The notes beneath the pieces are model-generated. The model saw only the letters and a program-made list of their open reading frames with translations. It was not told the origin of the DNA and ran no database searches. From the NCBI GenBank assembly GCA_965248435.1, contig OZ252100.1, forward strand, positions 4,512,001 to 4,576,000: a stretch of 64,000 nt of DNA, given 5' to 3'. Positions 1 to 9,789 of this stretch are shown here, in pieces. A program made the translations under genes and the position numbers. The stretch is from Candidatus Latescibacterota bacterium (GTDB lineage Bacteria > Latescibacterota > UBA2968 > GCA-2709665). Every line of letters begins with the position of its first letter. Within the stretch, counting starts at the first letter, position 1.

Positions 1-118
1 GCGGATGATAGCGGTGTCTGAGGCAGGTCGCTCAGTCTTGAGAAATCCTTTTGACTCGATGGCCTGCCTGTCGAAGAAAAACCTGGCCTTCAAAGGAGGC
101 CAAGAAGGAGGTGCCACC

Positions 119-1465
119 ATGAAACTCTCAAATGTAGACCATGCGAAGGCCTCAGCTGCCAGCGATCCAGGCTCGCAGATTAGGGGGCACGCCGCTCGTT
201 GGGTCCGTCAGTTCAAAGTCGGGGTGGTTATGATGTTGATTCTCGGTCTGGGATGGTCAGGGACGCAAGCCTGGGCCCAAACCCATAATTATAAATCGGA
301 TAAAGGCATCAAGATTTCAGAATTCGACGGAATGAAACTTTACATGGATTTAAAGACCGTCGGAAGGTTCCAGTCGTTGGACCACGAAGGGGTATTTGTT
401 GGTGGGAAAGAAACGCTGGGACTCCCGTCCGGATTTCAGACGGCCTGGGGAAATCTGGGGTTTCTGGCGGATTATGACGGTAAGGTCGAGGTCTTCTTCG
501 AACTCTACCTGAGCAGCCGGCCACATCCCGAAAAGGTTTATGGACACGAGGGCTATCTGCTGATCCGTGGTATACCGGAGAACCTCACCACCGGACCTGT
601 TGCGTCCCTGTTCAATGCGGTTGATTTCAAGGCGGGTCACTTCGAGATCGATTATGGAGATCACCGCTACCGGCGATCGGACAATGCGCGGGTGCAGAAA
701 AACCCATTGATCGGAAACTACATCATAGATCCGAAGACGGTAGAAATCGGGGTAGAAGTGGCCACGGAACCCAACCGTTTCAATCTTCTGATGGGTGTTG
801 GGAGTGGAGGTACCACAGAGAAATTCAAGAAGGGAACAGGCCTAAGTTTTCACGGCAAGCTCTGGGGTGATATTACTAAGTCCCTTAGGGCTTCAGGGTC
901 CTTTTACCGCGTGGATCACTCCGGAAACAAGGTCCAATTTACTGGGAGCTGGAGCAATCTCTTTTCCGGACACCGGAGTGGAGGGCCCTATAGCGGTGTT
1001 CTCGCTGGTGGAAACGCTCCTGGGCAGGTGATGCCCGGTGCTGGACAGAAGGTCACCGCAACCCAGTTTGATGTGACGTGGGGTGTGGGTTCGTTGGAGC
1101 TCTACAGCCATTACGGGTGGATGCGAGACGCTGACATCAACGGCTCGGATTCCGGGTCACCCGAGGAAAGCTGGGCATACTACGCGGCAGAATCCACTTA
1201 CCGTATTACGTCGAACCTCCATGCCGCCATCCGTTATAGCGGGGCCGACGCGAACAAACTCAACGGGATTTCCTCCAAAGGCCGCATTGAGCGGATTCAG
1301 ATTGGCGGCGGATTCTGGCTGACGGAAAACATGCTTGCCAAAGTGGAATATGTGCATCAGAGATGCAACAATTTCACGGACTCAGACGGCAAGGTCGGCG
1401 GCGTAGATATCTGGATGGATCCTGTTTTTAGCGGCGCGATCTCGGAGGTATCCTTCGCCTTCTAG
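119..1465 (+). CDS. Outer-membrane beta-barrel (porin-like) protein
   Basis: ORF 5..1465; likely ATG at 119 after AAGGAGGT. Hydrophobic signal-like stretch ending AWAQ, Gly/aromatic-rich amphipathic strands and a C-terminal Phe (SEVSFAF), the typical BamA signal. Confidence 0.7.
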   Translation: MKLSNVDHAKASAASDPGSQIRGHAARWVRQFKVGVVMMLILGLGWSGTQAWAQTHNYKSDKGIKISEFDGMKLYMDLKTVGRFQSLDHEGVFVGGKETLGLPSGFQTAWGNLGFLADYDGKVEVFFELYLSSRPHPEKVYGHEGYLLIRGIPENLTTGPVASLFNAVDFKAGHFEIDYGDHRYRRSDNARVQKNPLIGNYIIDPKTVEIGVEVATEPNRFNLLMGVGSGGTTEKFKKGTGLSFHGKLWGDITKSLRASGSFYRVDHSGNKVQFTGSWSNLFSGHRSGGPYSGVLAGGNAPGQVMPGAGQKVTATQFDVTWGVGSLELYSHYGWMRDADINGSDSGSPEESWAYYAAESTYRITSNLHAAIRYSGADANKLNGISSKGRIERIQIGGGFWLTENMLAKVEYVHQRCNNFTDSDGKVGGVDIWMDPVFSGAISEVSFAF

Positions 1466-1576
1466 ATCTCCTTGGTCTGCGGAGTCTGTGCAGAGTTGCT
1501 GGATGCCGCAGACCACATTCGGATAGGTCTTTTCAAACCGCCTTGACGATGATGAGAAGGGCGTCATCAAAAGGAG

Positions 1577-2275
1577 ATGATCGTGATGAAAAGACACAAT
1601 GTCGAGATGGTCGGCGTATTCATTCTGCTTCTTACCCATTCCTTACAGGCACAAACCTGGATCAGGTTTGAAGGGGTACCGGAAGAAAGCAGGGTCACGA
1701 TTGAGGGGACGTCTACTCTACACGACTGGACCGTCGAAAGCGAGAGCATCAAGGGGTTCTTGGAAATCCAGAAGGATGCTGATGACGACGCACTGTGGAA
1801 AGGGGAATCTGGACCAATGCGTGTGAAGATGCGCGCTAATGTTCACGTAGAGATCGTGGTCCGTTCCCTGAAAAGCGGCAAAGGGGACATGGACAAGAAG
1901 ATGTACAAAGCCTTGAAAGATAGCGAACATCCCAAAATCGAATACCGTCTAACCGAGGCGATATGCAAGGGGAGCAAGAAGATACGAGATGCCCGATTGT
2001 CATCAGTTGAGTTTGACACCAGGGGTGAATTGACAGTGGCGGGAGTAACTCTGCCGATCGAGATGGCCGTGATAGTAGACCGTATAGGCAAAGATCAATT
2101 GATAACCAAGGGGGAGACTTTTCTGAAGATGAAGGACTTCAAGATTAAACCACCCAAGGCCATGCTGGGCATGATCCGAACAGGTAATGACATCAAAATA
2201 TCCTTTGAATGGATGACGAAGTTGCCCGTGGAAACCACACAAACGGTAGGAATATCTCAGTCGGGAGACGCATAA
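1577..2275 (+). CDS. YceI-family periplasmic lipid/polyisoprenoid-binding protein
   Basis: Signal peptide (LQAQ); motifs 'IEGTSTLHDW', 'GELTVAGVT', 'LKMKDFKIKPP' typical of YceI. Confidence 0.85.
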   Translation: MIVMKRHNVEMVGVFILLLTHSLQAQTWIRFEGVPEESRVTIEGTSTLHDWTVESESIKGFLEIQKDADDDALWKGESGPMRVKMRANVHVEIVVRSLKSGKGDMDKKMYKALKDSEHPKIEYRLTEAICKGSKKIRDARLSSVEFDTRGELTVAGVTLPIEMAVIVDRIGKDQLITKGETFLKMKDFKIKPPKAMLGMIRTGNDIKISFEWMTKLPVETTQTVGISQSGDA

Positions 2276-2276
2276 A

Positions 2277-2966
2277 GTGAGAAATCCCAAACGCGTTCTG
2301 GAAGGGTTCATCATCCTGCTGGCATCTTTCCCTCTGCTGGCAATGGCATCTGAGCAAAACCTATTTGTGATTGGGTCCGATAGTGAGATGCATCTGCAAG
2401 GGCGCGCGACGCTTCGCAAATGGCGATTCGAAAGTCACGAGGTGACGGGATTTGTAAAACTCGAAGCGACTCCTGAGGATCTCAAGCTGATGATTCAAAG
2501 TGTTGAAACGGCTCTCCGAAGCGGGGTGGAAGTAATCTTGCAAGACTTGGGCCTACAGATGTGCAACTCTCCTCGGGCCTTAGTGACCGTTCCAGTGGGG
2601 TCTCTTGCGAACCGAAGTTCTGCAATGACACGAGATATGTACAAAGCCCTGAAGAAGGAGCAATTTCCAGTTATAAAGTACACATTTTCCAGATTGATAG
2701 ACGTCAGGGTGATACCGGGTGCCGATACGTCCATCACTCGTCTTAGTCTGACTACGGAGGGTGTTCTGGAGATCGCCGGGGTCCGAAAGTTCATAGAGAT
2801 GGATGTTCTGGTCGAACACGATAAGAACCGATTCAAAGTATTTGGTGAGAAACGTGTGAAGATGACTGATTTTGGAATTGATCCGCCATCACAATTCTTC
2901 GGTCTGATCCGTGTGCGCGACGAGGTGGATGTGATCTTTGACCTGGTCGTGGGGACGGATTCTTAA
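2277..2966 (+). CDS. YceI-family protein (paralog of upstream gene)
   Basis: GTG start 1 nt after the upstream stop; signal peptide; 'GVLEIAGV', 'VKMTDFGIDPP', 'MYKALK' shared with the upstream paralog. Confidence 0.8.
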   Translation: MRNPKRVLEGFIILLASFPLLAMASEQNLFVIGSDSEMHLQGRATLRKWRFESHEVTGFVKLEATPEDLKLMIQSVETALRSGVEVILQDLGLQMCNSPRALVTVPVGSLANRSSAMTRDMYKALKKEQFPVIKYTFSRLIDVRVIPGADTSITRLSLTTEGVLEIAGVRKFIEMDVLVEHDKNRFKVFGEKRVKMTDFGIDPPSQFFGLIRVRDEVDVIFDLVVGTDS

Positions 2967-3005
2967 TGAAGTTGCATGATGTTCCAGTGGAGGAGGGAGT
3001 CTCCA

Positions 3006-4634
3006 ATGAGATGTGCAGTGCGTACCAGACCCGCAGGAGGAAAGTTACTTCTTTATAGCGGCATCTTACTTGGTCTGTCCCTGCTTTGTGTACAGACCTC
3101 CACCGGGGAGGGACGTTCTCTACAGCCTTCAAAGGATCTGAAAGCCTCTACTCGAGCCGTAGAATTGGGCAAGGCCACTTACCAGAGACAATGCGCTGCC
3201 TGTCACGGGCTGGAGGGGCGGGGTGACGGCGAAGCGGCCTTCCTGCTCTATCCCAAGCCCCGGGACTTCGTCGCGGCTCGCTACCGTCTCGTCTCGACGT
3301 GGGAGCGTGTGCCGACGGATGAGGACCTCTTCACCACCATCTCCCGCGGGATGCCAGGGTCGGCAATGCCGTCCTGGGCCCACCTGCCCGAGGAGACCCG
3401 ATGGGGGCTGGTTCACTATGTGAAATCTCTTGCCGAGAAGTCCTGGGCAGTGAAGCCGGCGACCGAACCAAAAGAGGAAGGTGCGTCGGGGACCGGTGTC
3501 ATCGCTGTTCCGCCCGAGACTGCTTACACGGCGGAGACGAAGAAGCAGGCCGCCTACTTTTTCAAGGAGGCCTGTGCGGGGTGCCACGGGCTGGAAGGTC
3601 GGGGCGACGGTGTGCAGCGCCAGGTGGACAGTGAAGGGTATGAAACGCGGCCGAGGGATCTGACGCGCGGGATCTACAAGGGTATCCCGGACCCGGAGGC
3701 GGTTTACCGCAGGATTGTCGCGGGGCTGCCCGGTACGCCGATGCCGATGAGCGACTGGGCCTACGGGAAAGATGCCTGGGACCTCGTCCACTACGTAATG
3801 AATATGTCCAGTGATCGGGAGCGCTCACGCAACGAAATGTTCAAGTTTGAAATCCACGCCGCGAGGGTGGCCAAACTCCCGGACCATCCCGATTCGTGGA
3901 TCTGGAATCGCGCCACGCCGGTCAACCTCCATCTGATGCCGCTCTGGTGGCGGGACGACCGGACCGAGGAGGTGACGGTGCGCGCACTGCACGACGGCAG
4001 GGAACTGGCCCTGCTCCTGGTCTGGCGGGATGAGACGCACGACCATACGACCATCCGCCCGCAGGACTTCAGAGACGCCGCTGCCGTGCAGTTCTCCCTG
4101 GATTCGGATCCACCCTTTTTCGCGATGGGGGAGCGGGGGAAGTTCGTGAACATCTGGATGTGGAAGTCTGAGCGGCAGGCGGACCTGCAGCCGGCGTATC
4201 AGGACCTGGAGAAGGTCTATCCGAATATCGGGATCGATTCCTACCCCAACTTCCAGAGGTCGCCCCTGGAACAGCCGATGCGACACGCGCTGACGCTGGA
4301 ATCGGATTCGACCTACGTGACGGGATGGGGGGCGGGAAACATCGTTTCGGACCCGACGTGGAAGCGAGCCGCGGAGGACCTCCGGGCCCAGGGCTTCGGC
4401 ACCCTGAAGGCCCGACCTCGGTTCGACCAGGCCGTGGAGGCCGATGGGGTCTACCGCGCGAACGCCTACAGGGTGGTTTTCCGCCGTGCGTTCAAACCGA
4501 AGGGGAAGGGGGCGGCGGCGCTGAAGAAGGGGACGACAGTGCCGGTGGCCTTTGCGGTTTGGGACGGGAGCGCGGGGGACCGGGACGGGAAGAAGTCGGT
4601 GACGATCTGGCAGGATTTGAAGATTTCGCCCTGA
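3006..4634 (+). CDS. Diheme cytochrome c fused to an ethylbenzene-dehydrogenase-gamma-like heme-b domain (candidate NXR gamma subunit)
   Basis: ORF 2976..4634; ATG 3006 follows GGAGGGAG. Sec signal; two CxxCH motifs (CAACH, CAGCH) each followed by PRD and a GxPG(S/T)xMP Met-ligand motif. C-terminal 'DAAAVQF..FFAMG..VNIWMWK..AFAVWDGS..RDGKK' EB_dh signature. Confidence 0.8.
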   Translation: MRCAVRTRPAGGKLLLYSGILLGLSLLCVQTSTGEGRSLQPSKDLKASTRAVELGKATYQRQCAACHGLEGRGDGEAAFLLYPKPRDFVAARYRLVSTWERVPTDEDLFTTISRGMPGSAMPSWAHLPEETRWGLVHYVKSLAEKSWAVKPATEPKEEGASGTGVIAVPPETAYTAETKKQAAYFFKEACAGCHGLEGRGDGVQRQVDSEGYETRPRDLTRGIYKGIPDPEAVYRRIVAGLPGTPMPMSDWAYGKDAWDLVHYVMNMSSDRERSRNEMFKFEIHAARVAKLPDHPDSWIWNRATPVNLHLMPLWWRDDRTEEVTVRALHDGRELALLLVWRDETHDHTTIRPQDFRDAAAVQFSLDSDPPFFAMGERGKFVNIWMWKSERQADLQPAYQDLEKVYPNIGIDSYPNFQRSPLEQPMRHALTLESDSTYVTGWGAGNIVSDPTWKRAAEDLRAQGFGTLKARPRFDQAVEADGVYRANAYRVVFRRAFKPKGKGAAALKKGTTVPVAFAVWDGSAGDRDGKKSVTIWQDLKISP

Positions 4635-4646
4635 GGAGACAGTGCC

Positions 4647-7600
4647 ATGGCTGATGATGCGAAGCTGGAATCGGGCGGCGTTCCAAGGCGTGAGTTCCTG
4701 CGCTGGCTGGGTCTCGGCACCGGTTCGGCCGTGATGGGCGTGGGCGTGCCGTTCAGGCTGCTGGCCGCCGCCCGTCCCGACGAAAATCCACTCGCCGGTT
4801 CCATCGACCGGGGCTGGGAAGGGATCTACCGCGATCAATACCGCTACGACCGACACTTCGACTGGGTCTGTTCGCCCAACGACACCCACGCCTGCAGGGC
4901 CCGGGCCTACGTGCGGAACGGCATCGTGACCCGACTGGGGTCCACCTACGACTATCAGGACTATGCTGATCTCTACGGCAACAAGGCCACGTCGAACTGG
5001 AACCCCAGGCAGTGCGCAAAAGGCTACACCTTTCATCGTGTGCTCTACGGGCCCTACCGGCTGCGGCACCCGATCGTGCGCAGGGGCTGGAAGGCTTGGG
5101 CCGATGCCGGGTTTCCTGATCTGACGCCTGAGCTCCGGTCGAAGTACAAGTTCGACAGCCGGGGAGAGGACGAGTTTGTTCAGATCTCCTGGGATGACGT
5201 ATCCCACGACATCGCAAAGGCGCTGGTATCAATCTCTACGCGATACAGCGGGGAGGAGGGCAAACGGCGTCTGCTGGAACAGGGCTACCAGCCCGAGATG
5301 GTGGACGCCATGCACGGGGCGGGCACACGGAGCATCAAGATGCGGGGGGGGATGGGGCTTCTGGGGGTCATCGGGAAGTACGGGATGTATCGGCTGAACA
5401 ACTCGCTGTCTCTGCTCGACTCCAGGATCCGGGGCGTGTCGCCGGACAAGGCCCTCGGGGGTCGCAACTGGTCCAACTACACGTGGCACGGAGACCAGGC
5501 CCCGGGACACCCCTGGGTGCACGGGTTGCAGACGTCTGACTGCGACTTCAACGATCTTCGCTTCTCGAAGCTGATCATCATGGATGGAAAGAACCTGGTG
5601 GAGAACAAGCTGCCTGATTCCCACTGGTTCATCGAGTGCATGGAGCGGGGGGCGAAGATCGTCGTGATTGCCCCGGAGTACGGGCCGCCTTCCACCAAGG
5701 CCGACTACTGGATCCCGATTCGTCCGGCCACGGACACGGCGCTCTGGCTGGGCATTACGAAGCTGATGATCGACCGGAAGTGGTATGACGAAGCGTTCGT
5801 GAAAGGGTTCACCGACTTTCCCCTGCTTGTGCGAACGGATACACTCAAACGCCTGAGGGCCCACGAGGTCTTCCCCGATTACAAATCGACCCTTTCGCCC
5901 GACGGGCCTTCCGTGAAGATCCAGGGCCTCAAGCCGGAACAGCACGAAAAGCTGGGGGATTATGTGATCTGGGACGAAGGCCAGGACGGTCCACGGGCCA
6001 TCACGCGAGACGAAGTCGGAAAGCGCATGGCTGAGAACGGACATCGTCCGGCGCTTTCAGGAAAGTTCAAGGTCCGGCTGGTAAACGGCGAGGAGGTCGA
6101 GGTCGGGACGCTGTGGACGCTATATCAGACGCACTTGAAAGACTACGATCTGGATACCGTGGTCGACATCACCCACACCCCGAAAGAGCTGGTGGTACAG
6201 CTTGCGAAGGACATCGCAACGATGAAACCGGTGGCCATCCACCAGGGAGAGGGGATCAATCACTGGTTCCACGCCACGGAGATGAACCGATCGGCCTACC
6301 TGCCGTTGATGCTGACCGGGAACATCGGGAAGCCGGGCGCGGGAGGCCACACTTGGGCAGGCAATTACAAGGCCGCGCTCTTCCAGGGGTCGCCCTGGAC
6401 GGGGCCCGGATTCAAGGGGTGGATCGGCGAGGATCCGTTCGAGCCGAACCTGAATCCGGATGCCCCCGGGAAAGAGGTTCCGGTGCGCCTGACCTGCAAG
6501 GATGAGGAACCGGCCTACTGGAATCACGGGGATCAGGCCCTGATCGTGGACACGCCAAAGTTCGGGCGGAAGAACTTCACCGGCAACACCCACATGCCCA
6601 CGCCGACGAAGGCCATCATCTTTAACAATGTGAACCTGATCAACAATGCCAAGTGGGCCTACGGGATGATCAAGAACGTAAACCCGAACATCGAGATGAT
6701 CGTCTCGATGGACATCCAGATGACGGCCTCGATCGAATACGCCGATATCGCCCTGCCGGCCAACTCGTGGCTCGAGTTCGAGGGACTGGAAGTCACAGCC
6801 TCCTGCTCCAACCCCTTCCTCCAGATCTGGAAGGGCGGCATCCCCCCGGTCTTCGACAGCAAGGACGACCTGAGGATCCTTGCGAACATTGCCAAGGCCC
6901 TGGGTTCAGTGACCGGCGACCGGCGCTTCATCGACTATTTCAAGTTCGAGCATCAGGGAAAGCGTGACATCTATCTGCAGCGCCTCCTCGACACCTGCAC
7001 GACCACGCGGGGATACAAACTCAGCGACATCATGACGGGCAAATTCGGGCCGCCGGGCGGCTGCTTGATGAACTTCCGAACCTACCCGCGCATCCCGTTC
7101 TACGAGCAGGTACACGACGACGAGCCCTTTCACACCGACACGGGACGGATGCACGCCTACTCCGACGTGCCAGAGGCCATCGAGTACGGAGAGAACTTCA
7201 TCGTCCACCGGGAAGGCCCGGAGGCCACGCCCTACCTGCCGAACGTGATCGTGAGTTCCAACCCCTACATCCGGCCGGAGGATTACGGCATCCCGCAGGA
7301 CGCGGAGCACTGGGACGATCGCACGATCCGAAACGTGATGCTCCCCTGGTCCAAGGTGAAGAAGACGAAGAACTTCCTATGGGAGAAAGGGTTCCAGTTC
7401 TACTGCCTGACACCGAAGACGCGCCACCGGGTGCACAGCGGCTGGTCGAACGTGGACTGGCACATGCTCTACGATTCGAACTTCGGTGACCCCTATCGGC
7501 TGGACAAGCGGGCGCCCTCAGTGGGCGAACACCAGCTCCACATCAACCCTCAGGCGGCGCGGGATCTCGAGATCAACGACGGAGATTACGTCTACCTGGA

Positions 7601-8117
7601 CGCAAACCCGGCGGACCGGCCCTACCTCGGGGCGAAGCCTGACGATCCCTTCTACCGTGTGGCGCGGTGCATGCTGCGGGTCAAGTACAACCATGCCTAC
7701 CCCTACAACATCGTGATGATGAAACACGCGCCCTATATCGCTACGGAGAAGAGCGTAAAGGCACACGAAACCCGGCCGGACGGCCGGGCGCTTTCTGCGA
7801 ATACGGGTTACCAGGCCAACCTTCGCTACGGGTCCCAGCAATCGGTCACGCGTAACTGGCATATGCCGATGCATCAGACCGACAGCCTTTTCCACAAGGC
7901 GAAGGTGTATATGAGTTTCATCTTCGGGGGCGAGGCGGATAACCACGCCATCAACACGGTGCCGAAGGAGACGCTTGTCCGCGTCACGAAAGCGGAGGAT
8001 GGAGGAATGGGGGGTGCGGGTATCTGGGCGCCGGCGACCACCGGACGTACCCCTGACAATGAGAATGAATTCACCAAGCGCTACCTGGTCGGCGAGCTGG
8101 TGCAGGTCAGGTCGTAG
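4647..8117 (+). CDS. nxrA: Periplasmic nitrite oxidoreductase/nitrate reductase alpha subunit (Mo-bisPGD, type II DMSO reductase family)
   Basis: 1156 aa; Tat motif RREFL; FS0 motif CSPNDTHAC...WNPRQCAKG with Asp in place of a Cys; 'NYTWHGDQ' Mo-ligand Asp region; 'TPKTRHRVHS' molydopterin-binding domain. These match Nitrospira/anammox-type NxrA; direction of catalysis cannot be read from sequence. Confidence 0.85.
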   Translation: MADDAKLESGGVPRREFLRWLGLGTGSAVMGVGVPFRLLAAARPDENPLAGSIDRGWEGIYRDQYRYDRHFDWVCSPNDTHACRARAYVRNGIVTRLGSTYDYQDYADLYGNKATSNWNPRQCAKGYTFHRVLYGPYRLRHPIVRRGWKAWADAGFPDLTPELRSKYKFDSRGEDEFVQISWDDVSHDIAKALVSISTRYSGEEGKRRLLEQGYQPEMVDAMHGAGTRSIKMRGGMGLLGVIGKYGMYRLNNSLSLLDSRIRGVSPDKALGGRNWSNYTWHGDQAPGHPWVHGLQTSDCDFNDLRFSKLIIMDGKNLVENKLPDSHWFIECMERGAKIVVIAPEYGPPSTKADYWIPIRPATDTALWLGITKLMIDRKWYDEAFVKGFTDFPLLVRTDTLKRLRAHEVFPDYKSTLSPDGPSVKIQGLKPEQHEKLGDYVIWDEGQDGPRAITRDEVGKRMAENGHRPALSGKFKVRLVNGEEVEVGTLWTLYQTHLKDYDLDTVVDITHTPKELVVQLAKDIATMKPVAIHQGEGINHWFHATEMNRSAYLPLMLTGNIGKPGAGGHTWAGNYKAALFQGSPWTGPGFKGWIGEDPFEPNLNPDAPGKEVPVRLTCKDEEPAYWNHGDQALIVDTPKFGRKNFTGNTHMPTPTKAIIFNNVNLINNAKWAYGMIKNVNPNIEMIVSMDIQMTASIEYADIALPANSWLEFEGLEVTASCSNPFLQIWKGGIPPVFDSKDDLRILANIAKALGSVTGDRRFIDYFKFEHQGKRDIYLQRLLDTCTTTRGYKLSDIMTGKFGPPGGCLMNFRTYPRIPFYEQVHDDEPFHTDTGRMHAYSDVPEAIEYGENFIVHREGPEATPYLPNVIVSSNPYIRPEDYGIPQDAEHWDDRTIRNVMLPWSKVKKTKNFLWEKGFQFYCLTPKTRHRVHSGWSNVDWHMLYDSNFGDPYRLDKRAPSVGEHQLHINPQAARDLEINDGDYVYLDANPADRPYLGAKPDDPFYRVARCMLRVKYNHAYPYNIVMMKHAPYIATEKSVKAHETRPDGRALSANTGYQANLRYGSQQSVTRNWHMPMHQTDSLFHKAKVYMSFIFGGEADNHAINTVPKETLVRVTKAEDGGMGGAGIWAPATTGRTPDNENEFTKRYLVGELVQVRS

Positions 8118-8142
8118 AAGACTTCGTCTGAAGGAGCCGAAA

Positions 8143-8469
8143 ATGCCTTACGATGAACCCGATGTCACCGACCCGATGATGGGTGTGGGCGTTGTGTTGC
8201 CGGGCGGCGAGGAAGCCACGCGGGACATGGCTTACGTCTTTGCTGAGGAGTTCGCCAGGCTGGGCCATTCCGAAGAAAAGATCCTGCGTCTGTTCCAGAC
8301 ACCCTTTTACCGGGCCGCACACGGCGCCTATTCCGCACTGGGCGAGGCTGTCATCCTACGGATCGTCCGGGAATGTGTCGGCGTCTGGGGACGCGTGCGG
8401 TTCGTGGATCTGGATGCGGAAAGAGAAGCAGAGGGGCTCATTCAAGTGGAACCGTGCAGGACCGAATAG
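8143..8469 (+). CDS. Small hypothetical protein between nxrA and nxrB
   Basis: ATG 8143 after AAGGAG, within ORF 7975..8469; 108 aa (MPYDEPDVTDPMMGVGV...FAEEFARLG); fills the alpha-beta gap. Confidence 0.7.
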   Translation: MPYDEPDVTDPMMGVGVVLPGGEEATRDMAYVFAEEFARLGHSEEKILRLFQTPFYRAAHGAYSALGEAVILRIVRECVGVWGRVRFVDLDAEREAEGLIQVEPCRTE

Positions 8470-8508
8470 GGATCTCGAATCGAAACTGGCCACGAGGAGG
8501 GGAGTGCG

Positions 8509-9777
8509 ATGGCACAGGTCTACAACTGGAACCTCGGACGCAAGATGGCCTATCCGTACGAGGCCGCATATCCGAAGGAGCAGTTCGCCTTCGTGTTCAA
8601 CATCAACCGGTGTATCGCCTGCCAGACCTGCACCATGGCGTGCAAGTCGACCTGGACTTTCAACAAGGGGCAGGAACACATGTGGTGGGCGAACGTTGAG
8701 ACGAAGCCCTACGGGGGCTACCCTCAGTTCTGGGACATGAAGACCCTGCAACTGCTGGAGGAAGGTAACCCGGACGGGCAGGTCTGGGACGGGTTGACTT
8801 CAGACGACCCGAAGCGGCCCTACGGTCAATTCGAGGGCCAGACGGTCTTCGAGGCGGGAAAAAAGACGCTGAAGCCCGACAGCTCGCGCGTGCTCGGCTA
8901 TCTGCCCACGGACGAGGAGTGGAACTCTCCGAATATCTATGAGGACAACCCGGTGGGCAAAAAGGGGGTGCGGGGCGAGTTCTATCCGGACGGGGTGGAG
9001 CTGCCGGTGCACAAGACCTGGTTTTTCTACCTGGCGCGCATCTGCAATCACTGCAGCTATCCGGCCTGCTTGGCGGCCTGCCCCCGAAAGGCGATCTACA
9101 AGCGCCCCGAGGACGGGATCGTCCTGGTGGACCAGAAGGAGTGCCGGGGCTACCGGAAGTGTGTCGAGGCCTGTCCCTATAAGAAGGTGATGTATCGGGG
9201 CAATACCCGGATTTCCGAAAAGTGCATCGCCTGCTATCCCCGAGTCGAGGGTAAGGACCCGGAGACCGGAGGGGAGCCGATGGAGACGCGGTGCATGGCG
9301 GCCTGTATCGGTCAGATGCGGATGCAGGGGCTCGTGAAGATGGATCCCGAAGGGACCTGGACCCGAGATCGGCAGCATCCGCTCTATTATATGGTTCACG
9401 TCGCCAAGGTGGCCCTGCCGCTCTACCCTCAGTTCGGAACGGAGCCCAACGGCTACTACATCCCACCCCGATGGGTACGTCGCGATTACTTGCGGCAGAT
9501 GTTCGGGCCGGGCGTGGACCGGGCGATCGAGGCCTATTCCCACCCAGACCGGGAGCTCCTGGCCGTGTTGCAGCTCTTCCGGCGCTCCAACCGGATCATC
9601 TACCGGTATGAGATCGAGGAGGGCCCGTTGATCTACGAAGCGGAGCTGCGAGGACGGCCGATCACTATTTACAACGACACTGTGATCGCGTTCGGTAAGG
9701 GGGGGAAAGAGATCTTCCGGACGACGGTGGAGGAGCCCATCTACGAGCGGCCCTCCGAGCACGCGAATTCGATATAA
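8509..9777 (+). CDS. nxrB: Nitrite oxidoreductase/nitrate reductase beta (Fe-S) subunit
   Basis: N-terminus MAQVYNWNLGRKMAYPY; four Fe-S Cys groups (CIACQTCTMAC; CNHCSYPACLAACP; CRGYRKCVEACP; CIAC..CMAAC); 'ALPLYPQFGTEPN'; no signal peptide. Confidence 0.9.
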   Translation: MAQVYNWNLGRKMAYPYEAAYPKEQFAFVFNINRCIACQTCTMACKSTWTFNKGQEHMWWANVETKPYGGYPQFWDMKTLQLLEEGNPDGQVWDGLTSDDPKRPYGQFEGQTVFEAGKKTLKPDSSRVLGYLPTDEEWNSPNIYEDNPVGKKGVRGEFYPDGVELPVHKTWFFYLARICNHCSYPACLAACPRKAIYKRPEDGIVLVDQKECRGYRKCVEACPYKKVMYRGNTRISEKCIACYPRVEGKDPETGGEPMETRCMAACIGQMRMQGLVKMDPEGTWTRDRQHPLYYMVHVAKVALPLYPQFGTEPNGYYIPPRWVRRDYLRQMFGPGVDRAIEAYSHPDRELLAVLQLFRRSNRIIYRYEIEEGPLIYEAELRGRPITIYNDTVIAFGKGGKEIFRTTVEEPIYERPSEHANSI

Positions 9778-9789
9778 GCGGAGAGAGAG

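Noticed and set aside
3825-5207. 460-aa minus-strand ORF (and similar ones at 17983-19182, 23747-24931, 57781-58890)
   Set aside because: Each overlaps a well-supported plus-strand gene and has no recognisable domain.
4647-9777. Calling the enzyme cytoplasmic respiratory NarGH
   Set aside because: Tat signal, CSPNDTHAC motif and absence of narI or narK argue for the periplasmic NXR-like clade.
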